The notes beneath the pieces were generated by a model. It had not been told where the DNA came from, made no database searches, and worked only from the letters and a program-made list of their open reading frames with translations. Position numbers and translations under genes: made by a program. From Octopus sinensis (taxonomy: Eukaryota), in assembly GCF_006345805.1 (NCBI RefSeq), contig NC_043005.1, positions 32,922,001 through 32,986,000 on the forward strand: a stretch of 64,000 bases of DNA, read 5' to 3'. Shown piece by piece: positions 60,525 through 64,000 of the stretch (position 1 is its first letter; every line of letters begins with the position of its first letter).

Positions 60525-60870
60525 CTATATCAATTTTTTATCAGATAGGATGCTAGAAAAAGGAGTATGGTCATCGTGGAGTTTGCATATTAAGATGCGT
60601 TTGGAATTTTTTATTAAAAAGATTCTCCTTGTTGATTCTTTACATTGGTAGAAAGGGAATATGTGAAATTTAGGATTTTTATCTCTAGCGCAAGAGTCTA
60701 TGTGGCTACTTAGTGGAATTTGACAGTATTGTGGGAGATTTATCTGTTCTTTATGGACCGCTACTCTTCTACGTAAAGGAAGGCTCGTTTGTCCAACATA
60801 ATTGTGTTGGCAACCGGTGCATGTGAGAAAAGTCAAAACACAGATACTTTCCCCTTCAGCCAAGCCCTCA
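60525..60870 (-). mobile_element. Penelope-like GIY-YIG fragment (third family)
   Basis: LTCTGCQHNYVGQTSLPLRRRVAVHKEQI...QIPLSSHIDSCA. Confidence 0.8.
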
Positions 60871-61251
60871 TCGATTTTTTTCACATTCCATTTGAGAAGT
60901 GACGATGGAGAAGGAAGCGCTACCCACCACTATTATTTTTGAAAGGTTGATCAATGTGGCGAGAATGACCCATGTGAATACGCCTACTCTGAACATACGC
61001 CTGTAGGACAGGGAGGGGATGGGGTTGAGAATGATGCCTGCCTGGGGTGCCCTTGGCGGTCGAGGTAACCAGGATGTGTGAGGCTCTTTGGTAGGTTCCC
61101 GGTGGAACTCACATTTTGGTAGGATTTTGTTGTTTAAATTTTGCTGTTTGTATTGTATACACGTGTATTTTGGTTAAGCGCCACTTGTCTCTTGTTTTGT
61201 ATTGCCTTTTTTTTTGCTTTGTGTTCGACACTTGTGGTCAATAGAGAAAAG

Positions 61252-61690
<439 letters not shown>

Positions 61691-61932
61691 TGTCTTGCAC
61701 AGCTTCTAACGCTGGAGATGTACTACGGTGTCAGCTGTTCACTACCAGTGAACTAAGTTAACACCCCTAATTTTTCGAGCACTATCCGGAGTATTCGAGC
61801 GGTGCAGTTTTCTGCAAGTGCTCCACCCTTATTGCAGCCCCTATTTGGTCCTTGTACTTCTCAAAATTGTTACTCATTGTTCCCAAGGCTCCGATAATTA
61901 TTCGTACTACTACCATCTTTTCCAGAAACCAT
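61691..61932 (-). mobile_element. 3' end of R4/Dong-like family 2 with complete 3' UTR, flanked by (ATT)n
   Basis: IIIGALGTMSNNFEKYKDQIGAAIRVEHLQKTA...; overlaps 15424-15500 in sequence. Confidence 0.88.
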
Positions 61933-62175
61933 ATTATTATTATTATTATTATTATTATCATTATTAGCATAGAGACAGATGCGGCGAGTTAATCGCCAGG
62001 TATACTGGAAAACAAAAACAATATTTATTTTCTTTATATGTTGGTTGCCTTTTATTGCATTTGTAACATTTTTCCTGAGTGAACAGAAGAGGAGAATTTC
62101 TCATCGAATATTTACCTTCAAGAATGAAAGGATTGTGACCTTTATTTTCCAGTCACTGACAAGGCAAACAGATAC

Positions 62176-62209
<34 letters not shown>

Positions 62210-62499
62210 ATAGTAGTAGTAGTAGTGTAGTAGTAGTAGTAGTAGTAGAAAACAGTGAGAGAGGGAGGGTAAGTGGGAGGATTTCTGTACAGGGTGTCGA
62301 CAACAAATAACGTACTGAACAGGAACAACATCGACAGAACATAGAGACGCAATAAGAAGAGAAGCAAAAACAATACTTAGAAGACAGCAGCCATAACAAC
62401 ATTACAAATAACAATAGCAGAAACAACAACAATAACTACAACAATAACAATGCCAGCAATAGCAATAACAACAACAGCAACAACAAATGTAACAAACTA

Positions 62500-62720
62500 C
62501 TTATCAATGGACAAACTTTTTGCTCTAAAACGAGGCCAAGGAAGCGACTTTCCCCCAGGTTCTTTGTATTAAGTTTGATTTTATCATATTGGAGGAGTTT
62601 GAATGGATGTGAAGGCAGATATTCATCTCCCGATGTATCTAGAAAGTTGTAGGTATTGGGAATATGTCTACGTTTAAATAAAAACTTGTCTGGGTTGTTG
62701 GAGCAATTTCCTTTTTACAT
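62500..62720 (-). mobile_element. possible decayed I/Jockey-type LINE RT fragment
   Basis: Only IKLNTKNLGESRFLGLVLEQKSL, resembling LKLN....KFLGL.LD.KL. Confidence 0.3.
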
Positions 62721-63129
62721 ATAAGAGAAATATATGGCAGATGAATAGTGAAAATAATATTTTACAGACAAGAAAATATTAAAAAAAAATTCTACCGTAT
62801 TAAATAATTTGTTGAACTTAAGTAGGTGATGAAGGCGGTACACGGTAACTTGATTTGCTAGAAATAGCTGTCATACTCTACAGTTTTGAAAAAATAACGA
62901 ACGCTTTCAGTAGATATACAAATAGATATGATGGCCATGGCTAGAACGTCTTTGATCATCAACAATTTCAGACTCTACTGACCAGAAACTAAGCAAAACT
63001 AACAAGCAATAGCAACAAACCCGTGATCTTTCGGAATTGGAAGAAAGTATTAGCTGTGTTGGTTTGGTTGGAATCTTGGATAAGGATAACTTAGTGAGGT
63101 CGACAGCTTCTTCCTAAGTGTACATACAT

Positions 63130-63907
63130 GAGGCAGATAACATCATGTCACTTGGAAAGCAGATTGTCGAAGAAATATTCCTTGTTTGATAACCTCGAAT
63201 ACTTGCCCAAAGAAGTTGCACAATTCTACCGCAAAGCATCATCAGATGAAAGGACGAGTACGTATCAACTGAAAGCCATGCAGAAATATGTTATCAGAAA
63301 GGTTCAGAATAACAACAACATTAATAATCAAAGCAGACTTTTGTCGGCCAGCAACCGAATCACTAGCTTTCACTTTGAAGGGCATGCGTTTGCAATCCAA
63401 GAGCAAGAAATAGCTACCAAATTCCTGGTGTGCAAAAGGGATACTGACAGAGGAAAAACACCGAAATGTGATAACCGGTGCACACTTTGAGGAATTAACA
63501 CCGAGAATATCACCTACATCATAAATAACCGTCCAAAAATGTCATCACGTTATTATCTATCAATGAGATATGATGTTATAACCAAAACTTGTACATTGAG
63601 ATCTGTCGAAAGGATAATACTGAGGCCAAAGAGATAAGAACCCACGATGTAGTAGAGATGCTAACCATTCACAATATGAAAGAGAACTGGGGGAATATTC
63701 CTGTGAAAACCTCAATAAAATGCAGATATAGTATACCAACCATAGTGATTTGGGACAGAAAAATAACTATATCCATTAGTGGAAATCAGTTACCCTGCGG
63801 ATGCTAACGCAAAGCTAAAGGTCAGCATATTTATATGTCTGGACATGTAAATATACCTGTATGTATGAGTATACATAAAGCAAAACAAACACATTTACAC
63901 GTGCACA
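63130..63907 (+). mobile_element. R4-like RLE LINE (family 3), deleted copy with 3' UTR
   Basis: AIQEQEIATKFL...CDNRCTL*GINTENITYII...KMSSRYYLSMRYDV, NIPVKTSIKC...IVIWDRK, EISYPADAN. The 3' UTR aligns with the reverse complement of 53838-53900. Confidence 0.82.
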
Positions 63908-64000
63908 GACGCCAAATACTTCCATACAATCATGCATATCTATCCTATTGATACTGTGTGAATTTTCAGTGAAGGAGTCTTGGAAGCAGCTCTTTCTCTA

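Noticed and set aside
60900-61120. GC-richer stretch with a hydrophobic minus-strand frame (RVGVFTWVILATLINLSKIIVVG) as a possible host exon
   Set aside because: There are no convincing splice sites. Frameshifted YRPP-like and VIL...HID-like pieces suggest a decayed LINE endonuclease, but the evidence is too weak to call.
62826-62875. Hammerhead-like GTGATGA...GAAAT-AGCT-GTC
   Set aside because: The core is non-canonical and helix II does not pair. ctagaaatag is part of a dispersed repeat also seen near 37990 and, inverted, near 47075.

Overview
Eukaryotic, AT-rich, microsatellite-dense non-coding DNA. I found no recognisable host protein-coding gene, rRNA, intact tRNA or CRISPR array. The SINE types and the (TA)n/(CA)n/(TACA)n/(AAT)n load resemble an octopod cephalopod genome (Octopus-like); this is recognition-based inference, not a database result. 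Nearly all informative sequence is decayed transposable elements: mariner, Tc1, a pogo-like element with an intron, a MULE, hAT MITEs, CR1/L2-type LINEs, RLE-type LINEs (R4/Dong-like and Hero-like), Penelope-like elements (PLEs) and two main tRNA-derived SINE families. Most ORFs in the supplied track are microsatellite artefacts. Best leads: (1) several type-I hammerhead ribozyme motifs, two beside long fold-back repeats and one with an intact core at 44909-44996 (minus); (2) an R4-like LINE family whose copies sit in (TACA)n repeats, alongside (TAA)n-anchored Dong-like families; (3) a twin-priming-like inversion in an RLE LINE; (4) a LINE/SINE shared 3' tail with a covarying stem-loop; (5) a local inversion or inverted duplication marked by shared stop codons in a mariner. 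All coordinates were read by eye and element ends may be off by a few bases.
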